From the human T2T-CHM13v2.0 reference genome, Homo sapiens, in NCBI RefSeq assembly GCF_009914755.1, contig NC_060925.1: a DNA stretch of 64,000 bases; one strand, 5' to 3'. Positions 1 through 13,789 of this stretch are shown here, piece by piece (position 1 is the stretch's first letter; every line of letters starts with the position of its first letter). Under the pieces are notes generated by a model. It saw only the letters and a program-made list of their open reading frames with translations. It was not told where the DNA came from and ran no database searches. Both the position numbers and the translations under genes were made by a program.

Positions 1-2443
1 CCAATGTCTGCTTGCTTACTAGTCTATGTTCAATGTCTTTCTGGATAATTACCACGTTAGAAAACTTAATAAATGTTCATTGAGAAAATAAAAACTAAAA
101 TAATTGTTACCCATTATTTATTATCAAATTATATTTATATATAAATAAGAATAAAAATTAAATTGTATTAAAATTAAATAATCTATAGCCCCTGTAGGGT
201 AAATCCCATGTGATTTTCTGGCTGTAAACAAAATAGGTATAATCCCTAAGGAATAAATAATTGTGAAAGCAAATGTGAATGAATATATTTTACCAATGGA
301 AACAATGTCTTTGAAATATCAATTATATCTGGAAATAATTGGTTTAATTTAGTTTTAAATTATCAATTATGTAACACAGGGTGCAAGCAAGTCTCTGTGT
401 CTCTGTCGATATTTCCGAGAGAGAAAAAAAAGAGAAACACCTATTCTAACTTAAATCTGATCTTTACTTTTGTTCTTCAAATTAAGTCCTTCCAAGAAAA
501 AATAAATATAAAAGTCCCTTAGGGTTAATAGAATAACTCAAAACATAATCCCAACAACACAGCACTTTTAAAGCTATTATTTACTGAAAACTTGTACTAG
601 TTGCTATGAAAATAATCCTTATTAAGTTCATGTGTAGAGATAACATTTAGTGTAATTTAACCAGAAATGGTGTAGAATAACACAGAAGAAAAATAAAAAT
701 TGAATTTTGATGTGAAAATTTAACTAAGTTGTATTAATTCTAATAATATGTATTATCCATTGTCAGTGTATGGTAATCAGATTATTTCTTTATTAGAAAG
801 AGCTCATAAAATTGAAGGAAGCTTAGAGTAATTTTGTAAGTTCACTATGTTCTTGAAAACAACAGACTTACAGGGGAAAATATTCAACAACTTACTTAAG
901 ACTATCAGTTATCCTTCCATAATAACTGTGTCACCAGCTCCTGCAGAATGTCATAGAATTTTATTTAGAATGTTTCATTTTATAATTTGTTTTATCCCAT
1001 ATATTGCAAGACATTAAAATATTAACAAACGTACATGGTTTCGATGAATACCAGCATACATTTTCAATTTGCAAATTATAGCTCACTTAGAAGTTGTAAG
1101 GGATTATTTTCTATGGATAAATAATATCATTTATAATAAAGTTTCAAATTATTTTCCTCAGAAAGGTTGAAGTAACTTTTTGTTAATTAACTGCTATATC
1201 AGAAATGATTTAGCTAAAAAAGCATGAATAATTTATTGTCACAAATAATTATAATTTATATGATTTACAATTATGAATGTCTTATGATTTATTCTACATT
1301 TTCAATTTATGTCATTCTTAGGTACTTTCTTAAATAACTATGAATCAAAACATATTGAGAAAGCATTAAAAATATTTTTATTACATTCGTAGGCATTAAC
1401 TATCTTCCTTATATATTCCTTGACATACTTTATTACTTAAATAAAACATATAACTCTATTTAAATAAAAAATGTAAAATTATATTTTAAAACATGGATAT
1501 TGTTTTGAAATTATGTATATATCATTTTAAATATAATATTTAATTGTATTCATTTCAATAAATTATTTGATTTTGATTTTCTCTACAGTCTTTTGTGGTC
1601 ACACATTTAATCACAAAACACCTGTGAATTACATAATCTTATTCGTAAAAATTATAGACAGGAACCTAAGCAGAAGATGTTATCGCCAATTGAACTATGG
1701 ATGCTTTGTTGTATGACTGCATTTACAAATTATTTGACCTCCTTTAGATTTGGTCTTATGTTGAGTATAGGCAACCTATTTTAAAATAGCCTTCTTCACA
1801 TTTGTTTTCTAATCAGCACAAAACCATCAACCTCTACCTGGAGAATTGCTGTGAATTTAGAATTTGCAATAAGTGTTGAGTTCTTCATAGTGTGCGAAAC
1901 AATTTGTATTCATTTTGCCTATTTATATAGAAAAATGTTTGGTCTTGATCATACTCTTGATGATTCAGTAATATTATTCAGAATGATTTATAAAATATTT
2001 TCAATTTTTAGCCCTTTAGTTTGTCTTGGATGAAATTTGAAAACATACTTTAACTTTGTTCAAAATTATTTTATTCCACTGTCTAGGAATGTAAAATAAT
2101 TACAATTTTTGTGTGAATCTTGATGATTACACATGGCTTAAAAATTATTAGCACAATTATTCTTTGAAGGAATGTTACTAACTTTAAATTATTAGACAAC
2201 ATTATACTATGATAATCAGTTTAAAGCTTTTTTCTGAAAAAAAAGGGGCATGTTATCAACTCTAATTTTGGAAATTGTGACAATGTTTAAATGTATATTA
2301 TTTAAACACAAAGTTTTGTAGCTTTCTCAACCTTCTATGAATGAATGCACGCAATTTTAACCTCTCATTCTATAACTATATATATATATATTTTGAAAGA
2401 GTAAGTATAATTTATTTTTTCTTAATCCCTATATTTTTAATAA

Positions 2444-2712
2444 TTTTTTTTTTTTTTGAGACGGAGTCTCGCTCTGTTGCCCAGGCTGGAGTGCAGTGGC
2501 ATAATCTCGGCTGACAGCAAGCTCCGCCTCCCGGGTTCATACCATTCTTCTGCCTCAGCCTCCCGAGCAGCTGGGACCACAGGCGCCCGCCACCACGCCC
2601 AGCTAATTTTTGTATTTTTAGTAGACACGGGGTTTCACCCTGTTAGCCAGGATAGTCTCGATCTCCTGACCTCGTAATCTGCCCTCCTCAGCCTCCCAAA
2701 GTGCTGGGATTA
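2444..2712 (-). mobile_element. Alu (AluY-like), ~25 nt 5'-truncated
   Basis: Poly-T 2444-2457, then gagacggagtctcgctctgttgcccaggctggagtgcagtggc...cccaaagtgctgggatt; Y-type motifs (caagctccgcctcccgggttcataccattc, gttagccaggat); possible short TSD ttaataa. Confidence 0.93.
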
Positions 2713-3289
2713 ATAAATCTTTATATCACTAATTTAACATTGTTATTAGTTGTCCTAGCATATCTAAAACAATTTTTGTATAAACATTATCTAGCTCTCA
2801 TAGATATTTGATTTTTAAACATTTTATTTTATAAAAGCAGTCTTATGGGACAAATGTTCACTTTATAGTAGTGTTTCATTGATGTTGATTCTATTTGATA
2901 AGTAAAGTTCATCTCCCATGTAAAGCAGAATATTCGTATACCATTTTAGTTATTGACATTTTTTTCTATGCTTCTGATTTTATGAAAAAGAAGTCCAAAT
3001 TTGAATTATACAAGTAAAATAACACAAACTAACATCAACACAGGAATACCTATTAAATGCACTTTTAAATATATGCATAAATTGCTAACTAGTTTTTAAT
3101 TTAAGACTATAAACTTGAATGATGGCAGAGTATGAATATATAGCCTGACAATTGTCAACTTACGAGACACAATATTATATTTATTTAAGTGAACAAAATT
3201 TTCCATATTCTTATTTTCTATTATTTGTAATCGTCTGAATAAGTACTTAATGCTGAAACTATGTTTTCCCAATGTAATTAAGACAGGGA

Positions 3290-4389
3290 AATCCTAGAAA
3301 AAACTCTAGGAAGGAATTCATGACTAAGTCTTCAAAAACACTTCTAACAAAAACAAAACTTGAAAAGTTTTAATCTAGTTAAACTAAAGAGCTCCTGCAA
3401 GGCAGGAGAAACTATGAACAGAGCAAACACACCAGTTACAAAATGAGAGAAAATATTCACAAACTATACATCTGACAAAGGCCTAATAGTCAAAATCTAC
3501 AAGGAATTTAAACAAATCAATCAATAAACAAACAATGCCATTAAAAAGTAGGCAAAGGCCATGAACAGACACTTCTCAAAAGAAGACATATAAGCGACCA
3601 AGAAACATATGGAAAAATGCTCAGTATCACTAATCATCAGAGAAATGAAAATCAAAACACGAGATACCATTTCACACCAGTCAGAATGGCTTTTGTTAAA
3701 AAGTCAAAAAATAACAGATGTTGGCTGGATTGCAGAAAAAAAGGGGATTGCAGAAAAAAGGGGAGGCTTATACACGTTGGTAGGAATGTAAATTAGTTCA
3801 GCCACTGTGAAGTGCAGTTTGGAGATTTCTCAAAGAACTGAGGGTTGAACTACCATTTAACCCAGCAATCACACTACTGAATACATATGAGAAGAAAAAT
3901 GAATATTCTACCAAAAGAAAGATGCACCTGTATGTATATCACATCAGTATTCACACAGCAAAGACATGGAATCAACCTATATGCCCATCAACTGTGGAAT
4001 GGATAAAGCAAATGTGGTCCATATACACTATGGAATACTATGCAGCCATAGTGAGAGAAAAAATCATGTCCTTTGCAGCAGTGTGGATGCAGCTGGAGGC
4101 CATTAGCCCAAGCAAATTAATGCCGAAACAGAAAACCAAACATTACATGTTCTCACTTATAAGTGGGAGCTAATCCCTGAATACACATGGACACAAAGAG
4201 GGGAACAATGGATGCAGGGGAGTACTTGACGGTGGACGGTGAGAGGAGGAAGAGGATAGAAAAACTAACTATAGGGTACTATGGTTATTATCTGGGTGAC
4301 AAAATAATCTGTACACCAAACCCCTGCGACACACAATTTATAACAAACTTGTACATATACCCCTGAAACTAAAATCAAAGTTAAAAAAA
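3290..4389 (+). mobile_element. L1 3' fragment (end of ORF2 plus 3'UTR), L1PA15/16-like
   Basis: ORF 3922-4173 matches the ORF2p C-terminus ([24 protein letters not shown]...HYMFSLISGS); 3'UTR ...ctgggtgacaaaataatctgtacaccaaacccc...; A-rich end. Confidence 0.88.
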
Positions 4390-4407
4390 TGAAGAAAAAT
4401 ATAGTGT

Positions 4408-4470
4408 TTCAGATCCCATCCTGGAACTACTGAAACAGACTCTGGAGGCATGGTCCAGTAATTTACATTT
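4408..4470 (+). mobile_element. MER5A (hAT-Charlie) fragment
   Basis: cccatcctggaactactgaaacagactctggaggcatggtccagtaatttacattt resembles the MER5A core. Confidence 0.45.
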
Positions 4471-5730
4471 GAAGTAATAATTGATGGTATATTTTTTCCA
4501 TCCTTTAAATCTATGCATGTTGTAGAATTTGAAGTAAATTTTCCAGTAAACAGCATATGGGTAGGCTGTGTATTTTATCCTCTCTGTCAATTGCTTCTTT
4601 AAATTGACATGTTTAACCATGTACAATTAAAAAAATAATTCTATATCAGAGAAACATTTCCCATTTTATTATTTATCTTCTGCTTGCTTCCTCTGCTTCT
4701 TATTCCATTGTTTCTCTTTTGTTTTCGTCTTCTTCTAGGATACTTGAACATGTTTTTAGAATTCTATCTTAATTTTTTTCATAATGCTTTGAGTGTATGT
4801 CTTTGTATATTTTTCTTAGTGGTTGCTCTGTGTATTACATTATTCGTATGTGTCTTAGAACAGTCTAATGGTATCAACATTTTAACATTTCAAGTGCAGT
4901 GTAGAAGACTGACTTTCATTCAAATATTTTACTTTCTGACTTTTAATTATGATTTTCTTTTTTATCTGATGGTGTCATTATTTTCAATCATCAATATGAA
5001 TTATACAACTCATGAAGATAGTCTATTGCATGAATTATACAGTGAATGAATTGTCCAACTTGTGAAGGTAGTATATTGTATGTGTCCACATATCTATTCT
5101 TTCAGTTGTATTTCCTTCCCGGTGATCCATGAGTTGTTCTTTTATAATTTCTTTGCTTTATGAAGAACTTCCTTCTGCCATTTTTCAATGATGTCCTCAA
5201 GATCTGCTACCCAAATTCTTTTACTACTTCTTTGATATAGAATGTCTTTGCATCCCAAATTCTTTTACTACTTCTTTGATATAGAATGTCTTTGCATCCC
5301 CTTCATTCATGATAAAAATTTAACTGGATATAGATTTCATAGTTAATAGTTATCTTATTTCTGCACTTAAAAACATCGTGCAATGTTTTTCTAGACACCA
5401 TCATGTCAGTTGAGAAGTATGCTGTCATTTGTATTGGTAGGCAATGCATCATTTCTCTCTGGCTATTTTCAAGGTTTTGCTTTGTCTTCAATGTTCAGAA
5501 ATTTCACTGTGACATGACTTGTTGGGTTTTGGGGGTCTTTATTATATGTAGGGTTTCTTTGAATTTATCCTATTTACAGTTCACTCAGTTTCCTAACTCT
5601 GTATATTTATGTATTTTACCACATTTAGAACATTTCTAGTCATTATTTCATTGAATGATTTTGCAGCTCTATTCTCACTTCCCTATTCTTTGATTTTAAT
5701 GATACAAAAGTTGGATCTGTTTTTCTGCCC
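4471..5730 (-). mobile_element. Old L1M (L1MC/MD/ME-like) ORF1/ORF2-start region, antisense
   Basis: T-rich, with motifs typical of antisense L1M (tgttcagaaatttcactgtgacatg, gtttcctaactctgtatatttatg, ttctagtcattatttcattgaat). Confidence 0.65.
5210..5300. repeat. Perfect 44-bp tandem duplication
   Basis: cccaaattcttttactacttctttgatatagaatgtctttgcat at 5210-5253 and 5254-5297, followed by ccc. Confidence 0.95.
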
Positions 5731-5756
5731 CATTTATGTAAATACTGCAAGATATA

Positions 5757-6125
5757 TAGATGGACCCTGACGTCAATGATGGTTTAATTTAACATATTTT
5801 TGACTTTATAACTGTGCAAAAAATATATGCATTCATTTAAAATCAAACTTTGAAAACCTATACAACTATTGTGTTTTTCATTCTCACTACAGTGTTTAAT
5901 AAATTACATGAGATATTTAACACTTTAGTACAAAATAGAATATGTGTTACTTGCTTTTGCCCAACTGTAGGCTAATGTAAGTGTTCTGAGCACATTTAAG
6001 CTAGGCTAGGCTAAGCTATGATGTTCTGTAGGTTAGGTGTATTATATGCCTTTTTTACTTATAATATTTTCAATTTATAACAGATTTATTGAGTTGTAAC
6101 TCCATTGTAAGTCAAGCTGCATCTG
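5757..6125 (-). mobile_element. MER47A (TcMar-Tigger MITE)
   Basis: Termini tagatggaccctgac...gtaagtcaagctgcatctg; internal ttttgcccaactgtaggctaatgtaagtgttctgagcac...gctaggctaagctatgatgttc; ~369 bp. Confidence 0.85.
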
Positions 6126-7964
6126 AATTTATAATTTTAATGGAGCTTAATAAATGTTGTAAAAATTAACAAAATTGATGGGGGAAAACATTTGAGTTGT
6201 GATTCAAAGTCTATTTTTAAATAAAAGTTGTTAATTTAGTAAACTATATATATATATCTTAAAATTAACCAAGAATACATTACTTGTGGTTTATTAGTAG
6301 GGTCATAAATGGCATAATAACATATAAATATAAAATATTTACTATAAAATAATGTTAAAACTAACATTAGCTTAAAATGTGTCTAACATATTTTGAGAAC
6401 ATGTATAATTGGAAATATATTTATTATATTATATTTGAGGTATTTTGTTTAGAGACTATATATCAATAGAATACTTCCACTTATGATTCTTTATATCATT
6501 ACCCCAATCTTGCCAAATAATTTATAATATTCATAATAAAATATATTTCAGATAATGATTCTTGGGGAACTCTTAAGGAACTCTAATGATACTGCTAAAA
6601 CTATCCATTACAATAAAAAACTCAAAATTATCATAAAATAATCAATGTTCCCTTTATACTTTTAGAGTATAAACTAAAATAATGGAGTTATTATAAAATT
6701 TAGCAAATGAATTCTCATTATTTCTCTGTTTGTACTATTTACATTCCCTACTATACAGAGAATGATACTTACAGTAGGAAATTTAGATCATATATCCTTT
6801 TTATTAAAAAGCTTCTAAAGCTATCCTGTTTCACTGAGAATATAATACAAATCTACCTCATGTCTTGCTCCTCTTGCTGTCAATCACTCAGCTACTGAAT
6901 GTGTCTCAACCCAACCATAAACACTCCTGTATTAGGATTCTTGTTAGCTGCTCCTAGAAGATTTTTTCACCAGATTCTGAATGCCTATGATGTCACATTC
7001 AGTGTAATAATAAAATGGCCCTATATCAAAGATGCCTGCCCTGGATCTCTTGTCTGAAACAGCCCATCTTTTAATCTTATTCTGCTTTCTTTTTCAAAAG
7101 ATTATAAACGGGTAAAAAAAGACATAAATCCTATGACACAGCACTAAATGTGGGGAACCGGGAAGTATTATGACAATAAAATTTGTAATTAAGATATTTT
7201 ATGGGCAAAGTCCTCAATTTTATGATTAACATTAACTAGTATATACATATATATATATGTACCTAGGGCCTACCTTCATGCAGGCAGTTGACTACTAGAG
7301 TATAACTTGAAAAATGCTAAAACATTTTCCATTTTTACTACAATGTTTGCCAAGTGCATTGTTTTGTTTTAAAGATATGCTTTTTACTTTTTCTGACTTC
7401 ATTCAGTTCACATAAAGAGTATAGTCTAGTCAATATTATCTCTTATCGCCCTTGAGAGATACTGCAAATGGGGAAAGGGGCATTTCTTCATTATTGTGTA
7501 GAATTGTGTCTAGAGTGGACTAAATTAATTATGTATAGGCTGGAAAAGGATTATGAATATTTTAAAACCTTCTTTATTGTTGTGACATATTTAGAACATT
7601 GAGCTGAATGAAAGTCATTGTTAAACACATTTGTTGAGCTAGTAACTGCCAGAAACAATGTAATATGAATAAATATGTACATAAATTTATAAGAGAAAAG
7701 TCAATTTTGGGATTTTGGGAATGGATTAAGCAAATATATTTGTATAGAGTAGAGATGTTTGAGAGGAGACTGCTAGATATATAGACTGGAGTAGTAGAGG
7801 AAGTCAAAAAGGATTGAACATAAAGAAAGAAATATACCAGTACCAGCTTTCAAATGTTCTACATAGAGGACTAAGTCCCAAATAAAGTAATTTAAAATAA
7901 ATTTATGAGCATATATAAATGCTTGGACTAACATCATTCATTTTTGTTTCCCAAAAGCTGATTC

Positions 7965-8230
7965 CTTTATTCTCAGCTTTATTGGGGTTATACTGATAAA
8001 TATAAATTTTATACAGTTAAAGTGTATAATTTGATTTTTTGATACACTATATATTGTGAGTCACCACAATCATCCTAGTTAACATGTTTGTCACCTCACA
8101 TGTTAAACTTTTGGTGAGAAGACTTAAGATCTACACTTAACCAATTTCAAATATACAACACAGAATGATTACCTATAGTCAACATTCTGTATATTAGATC
8201 TCCAGAACTTATTCATAGTGCATAACTGGA
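7965..8230 (-). mobile_element. L1MA/L1MB 3' end fragment
   Basis: cagctttattggggtatactgataaat...ggtgagaagacttaagatctacac...tatattagatctccagaacttattcat is an antisense L1MA9/10-type 3'UTR. Confidence 0.75.
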
Positions 8231-8491
8231 GAAATTCTACAGCATCAATCATAAAAAATATAGCCATACATATTTATTTTCTAGGTTTGTGTGAGCAAAG
8301 ATCAAAGATAAAAGAGTAGAATAATTAAAAATCTCTATCATTAGTAATCTTAGGACATAGTTACACTAGTTAAGTATTCTTATTAATACCTAGTTGAATA
8401 CTACCTCAGTGAAGGAAACATTAAGTGAATATGACACATCACCATAGAAAAGACCTCACAGAGACTAAATTATTTCTTTCTTATATAATTA

Positions 8492-11327
8492 TTTTTTCCC
8501 AGATTTATTGAAGCATGATTGACAAATGAAAAGCTGAATATATTCAATTTGTGGTATATTTGACATTGAGTATACATGTATTTATCATTGCTATATCTGC
8601 CTATTCAAGTGACAATTTATCATCATATAATGACCTGCTTTGTTTCTTGAGACAAGTTATCACTTAAAGTCTATTTTGTATGATATAAGAATAACTATCC
8701 CTCTTCTCTTTTTGTGATTATTTTTTATGAAATATCTTTATCCTTTCTCTTTCAGCCTATGTGTGTCCCATAAATCTAGAAAATATATTGTAGATAACAT
8801 ACATATATATGTAATATTTATATATAAAAATTTATTCAGCCACTCTGTTTCATTTGGTTGGTAAGTTTAATTCATTTACATTTAAAATTTATTAAATTGA
8901 TTTGATTTATAATAGATTAAATGGATCACATTAAGTGTAACCCATTTAATACATATACATTTAAAATAATTATTGATAGGTAAGGAATTACTTTTGCCAT
9001 TTCATTAATTGTTTCCTGTCTCTTTGTAATTTTTTAATCTTCTCTTGTGTTTCTTTTTGTAGTTTGGTAATTTTTTTGTATGATGTACTTTGATTCTTTC
9101 CCTTTTACCTTTTGTGTATCTACTGTATACACGTTGAACATTTTCTAGATAAAGAAGTCTGCTTTAAGCTGATAACATAACTTCATTGCATACAGATACT
9201 CTACACTTTATGTTTTTTCTTGTATATGCAGTTTATGTAAATGATGTTACATTTTCTTTCTACAATGTATTGATATTAAAAAAATCCCGTGGTTATGGTT
9301 ATTCTGACTACTTTTGTCTTCTAGTTTATATACTGCTTTTAATAATGATTTATGTTCTACTATTACAGTATTAAAATATTCTGTTTGTTTATCTTTTAAA
9401 TTATATTTTTACTTTTATACACTTTTATGTTGTTGTTTAACATCTGTACTTTAAAACTTGAAAATCTTCCTTTAGCACTTCTTGTAAGACAGGTTTAGTG
9501 GTTAAATAACTTTCTTATTTTTTGTTTGTCTTGGAAAGTCTTATCTTTTCTTTATTCTTAATGTACAGTCTCACCCTGTAAAGTATTTTTTGTTGGCAAG
9601 TGTTTTTCCTTTTGTTCTTCTAGTACTTTGGATGTATCATTTCATTCCTGGCCTGCAAAATTTCTGCTGACAAATACACTGATAATCTTTTTACTCTTGC
9701 TGCTTATAAAATTATCTCATTGTCTTTGACTTTTGTCAGTTTAATTATATCTATTTGGAAATTTGGGCTTTATGAATCAAGATGTTCATTTCTCCTTCTA
9801 GATTTGGAAAGTTTTCACCTGTCGTTTCTTTAAATATACTTTCTGCTGTTTTTCTCCCTTTTTTCCTTCACAGATTCTTGTAATGAATACATTGTTATTC
9901 TTGATGGTGTCCCATAAGTCCTTTATACTTTTTTTGCTACTTTTTTTTTCTTTTTTTTCCCTCTCTAATTGGATAATTTCAAATGATCTATTTTATAGTT
10001 AGCTGATTCTTACTTCTGAATTATTGAGTCTGTTGTTGAAGCTACCTGTTAAAATTTTAAGTCCAGTCATTGTATTATTTAGTTCCAGGATTTCTTTCTT
10101 TTGTATGGTTTCATTTATTTGTTACACATTTAATATTACTTGTGTATTGATTTTCTGATTTTTGTTCCATTATCTACATGGTTTCTTTTTTGTAGCTCAT
10201 TGAGTTTCCTTAAGATGATTATTTTGAATTCTCTGTCAAGCAGTTTATGAAACTCCATTTTTTTAGAGTCAATTACTGGGCCTTTATTAGTTTCTTTTGA
10301 TGGTGTCATGTTTTTCTGATTCTTGGTGATCATTGTAGACTTGCATTAGTGTCCGTACATTTGAAGGAGCAAATAATTTTATCATTGTTTACAGACTGAT
10401 TCTGGCAGATATAGACCTTCTTCTGCTGGATACCCAGACTGGTGGGACTAACTCTGTGACTGTAGGTGAGCAGGAATAGAGTTGGGTTGTGGGGTAACTT
10501 TTGGGTCTACAGTTGAGTCTGAATATGACAGTCCTTTTAATCAGAGTCTTATATAGGTACAGCTCCTGCCAAAAAGACTCTCATTGATAAGGTCCCCCGT
10601 GGACCCCTGGGTGGGCAGGACTGCCTTCAGGAACCCAGTAGAGCAAGACTGTATCCAGAGCATTAAGCTATTTCAGGGTCTACAGGCAAGTCTGAGGTGA
10701 GCAGGCTTCTACTGGGAATGACAATTTGCATGGCTCCTGCCAGGCTTTTGAGTGGGTAACACTGCCTCTAGACCATGATAGCATGGGGCTAGAGTGGGCC
10801 ATTGAGCTTCTTCAAGGGGCTACTGTCCAGTCCAATGTCAGTGGGCCTGTTAACATGGGCATAAAGAGGCATATCTCTCATTAGGTACCAGAGCAGGCAA
10901 GACTGTCCCTGGACTGTGGTAGTGTGGGGCTGGAGCCAAATTACAGGGCTGCTGCAGGATCTGTAGTCAGGTTCAATGTCAGAGGGCGTTTTACCCGGGG
11001 TAGATATGGGCATGAGTCCTCCCAGGTTCCTGAGCTAATGAGGCTGGTGTGAAAACCATGGCAAAGCAGGACAAGAGCTGATCTTCCAGAAGTATATGGC
11101 TGCCTCTAGTCTAAAGCTAGGTCTGTGGTTGGTAAGCCTGCCACTGAGGCACAAGACTGCCCTCTTATAGTGGATGTTTTGGTTTTAAACTCCACTGGAG
11201 ATTCACAATCTCCTATCTGGACTCCAATGCTCCTGCAAAGGCACTTTTGACTGTGAATGGCTGCTAAATCTTTCTTGCCATTGGGGAATGTGAACTGGGA
11301 AATTTCTGTTCTGACATCTTGCTGACC
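8492..11327 (-). mobile_element. Old L1M/L1MA element: 5'UTR, ORF1 and start of ORF2, joined to a short 3' tail
   Basis: 5' terminus ttctgttctgacatcttgctgac (revcomp of the agcaagatggc-type start); ORF 10136-10333 (MTPSKETNK...DREFKIIILRKLNELQ) is an ORF1p N-terminus; antisense EN-region motifs at 8580-8800; L1MA tail at 8492-8580. Confidence 0.8.
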
Positions 11328-11700
11328 TAGGCTAACATGATTTGTATCTTTCTGGATTTCATTTTTTCAGATATTAAATTCTATTTTTCATATTTACATA
11401 TCTTTATAATTAAGAATTAACAGCACTATTAATAATTGATAAAATCAGACTTAACTTTAGTAATTTATGTTTCCAATGAATGTAAAACAGGTACTTTAAA
11501 AATTTTTATTAATATAGTTGGGGGTTGTAAAAAATGAGTTAGACAATGAGAGAGTGTAAGACTTTTACTAAAGAGCCTTTATTAAATCAAGTGCTTCTAC
11601 ATTGATAGAATTGGCAGTTATCATAATAAATCCTCCTATACTTTTATGCTGTTTTGAAAATATATAATGTAAAACTAACTTTTTATAAAAATGTTTTTTA

Positions 11701-11969
11701 TTTTTTTATTTTTTCATTTTTTTAATGTTTTAATTTTTATTTTTTATTATTATACTTTAAGTTTTAGGGTACATGTGCACATTGTGCAGGTTAGTTACAT
11801 ATGTATACATGTGCCATGCTGGTGCGCTGCACCCACTAACTCGTCATCTAGCATTAGGTATATCTCCCAATGCTATCCCTCCCCCCTCCCCCCACCCCAC
11901 AACAGTCCCCAGAGTGTGATGTTCCCCTTCCTGTGTCCATGTGTTCTCATCGTTCAATTCCCACCTATG
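11701..11969 (-). mobile_element. Short 5'-truncated L1PA3-like 3'UTR with 16-bp TSD
   Basis: ttattatactttaagttttagggtacatgtgcacattgtgcaggttagttac...cccacctatg; GAG (not ACA) at the Ta diagnostic site; TSD ataaaaatgtttttta at 11685-11700 and 11970-11985. Confidence 0.93.
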
Positions 11970-12299
11970 ATAAAAATGTTTTTTAACAAAAACTATGCAT
12001 TTTTAATTCAGTTTTTTTTTAATTTTTTCCAGTGAATGTTAATATATGTTGTTTGAATAAATATTCATTGTGTTCATAGTTCTATCTGAATGAGGGTTTT
12101 TTTCTAGCCATGACAGAAGAATCTCTTGGTATCATTATAGGTTTTGATATACATTGATATGCTGAAAATTACTTTACATAAAAAAAGAACCATTATGTTA
12201 TGAAAGAAAAAAAGCAGAAGAATTTAGACTCCAAAATTGTTTTAGCTCAAATATAGGTTATCTCTGTTCAAAGAGACGAGAGTCTAACATCTACAAATC

Positions 12300-12625
12300 C
12301 CAAAATCACCTTTGTCATTGGCATCCAGTTAGTGAAAGAGGAGAAAATACAAATTATCACTTTGTTGGATATACTTATGAATTAGGCCAGAGAGAGACAA
12401 ATATTACTTCTGCCCACATCCCATCGACTATAACATTATTATTATGGTCACCTAGCCCCAAGGGATACTTGGAATATAATCTATCTCCATCTGCACAATA
12501 TATTGCAGATATATATTCTGCAGATATATATTTGCAGATCTATATTCTGCAGATATATATTTGCAGATCTATATATCTGCAAAAGGGAAAATAAACTGTG
12601 ATAATCAGGTATCAACATCTTACAC
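12300..12625 (-). mobile_element. MLT1 (J/K-like) MaLR LTR fragment
   Basis: aggccagagagagacaaatattacttctgcccacatcccat...atggtcacctagccccaagggatacttggaatataatcta resembles antisense MLT1J/K; left edge uncertain. Confidence 0.55.
12489..12583. repeat. Quasi-palindromic minisatellite (tgcagatatatatt, 14-15 bp unit, ~6 copies)
   Basis: Directly visible; units alternate 15/14 nt. Confidence 0.9.
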
Positions 12626-12711
12626 ATCCGTTTTTTTATTCTTACCTCACACTCATGCTTTACACTACATAAATACTGTAACTACTCTTGTTATCACTAC
12701 TAGCACTAAAT

Positions 12712-12900
12712 AATAGCAATAATGATGATAAGAACTACTGACATTAAGCATTATGTGCTAAACACTGTTTTGTATAACATTATCTATTCCTCCCAACAAT
12801 CCTATTTTTAGATCATATTATCATCATTAACTTGCAAATGTAAAAACAGAGGCACAGAAAAGGAGATAAATTGCCCATTTTTACACAAATACTAACAGAG
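12712..12900 (-). mobile_element. MIR
   Basis: ttgcaaatgtaaaaacagaggcacagaaaaggagataaattgccc...acacaaatacta is the antisense MIR core. Confidence 0.7.
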
Positions 12901-12971
12901 TCTATATCTACATGGAGGAAATATATGGCAAGATCATCTATTCTTAGGTATACACAATGGGAGATTATTTA

Positions 12972-13354
<383 letters not shown>

Positions 13355-13789
13355 TTACTTTTGTGAAAAATAACTGACTGTGAAATTCTTTCCTACCATA
13401 ATTACCACCATCAAAATTTTGATACTATAAACTCATTTATAAGCATGAAATGTTGATTTTAATATTTAATGTTTTAACATGTGGAATTTGAAATAACATG
13501 ATAAATTTTAGATTATCATTTAATCATGTTTTGTTGTAAATACAGTTAAAAGATTAGCTCTCCTTCTCCTAGTTAGCTGTGACTCTCATTCTGAAAATAT
13601 AAAAACTTTAATTGATACAGAATAAGAAATTATCTTAGCAGATATGGACCTTGCTCAGGATGAGTGAATATACATAAACTAAAATGTCACACGAGAAATA
13701 AGAAAAAGTGGCATATTAGGAAACTGATGAAGTGTCCAGAAAGATTGGTCTTTTTAAACTTTATTCAACCCTCTGTTAAAAAATTCAAT

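Noticed and set aside
2437-2677. ORFs 2437-2628 and 2456-2677, and similar ORFs at 13094-13373, 14373-14627, 22531-22978, 38757-38969, 41477-41918 and 62648-62860
   Set aside because: Translations of Alu sequence ([26 protein letters not shown]); not genes.
3727-3761. 18-bp tandem duplication (ggattgcagaaaaaaagg); also a 28-bp-period duplication at 23194-23244
   Set aside because: Ordinary slippage duplications with no further structure.
4684-5049. Hydrophobic 121-aa ORF, and the 129-aa ORF at 23619-24008, resembling membrane proteins
   Set aside because: T-rich antisense L1 DNA produces F/L/I-rich frames; non-ATG starts and no gene structure.
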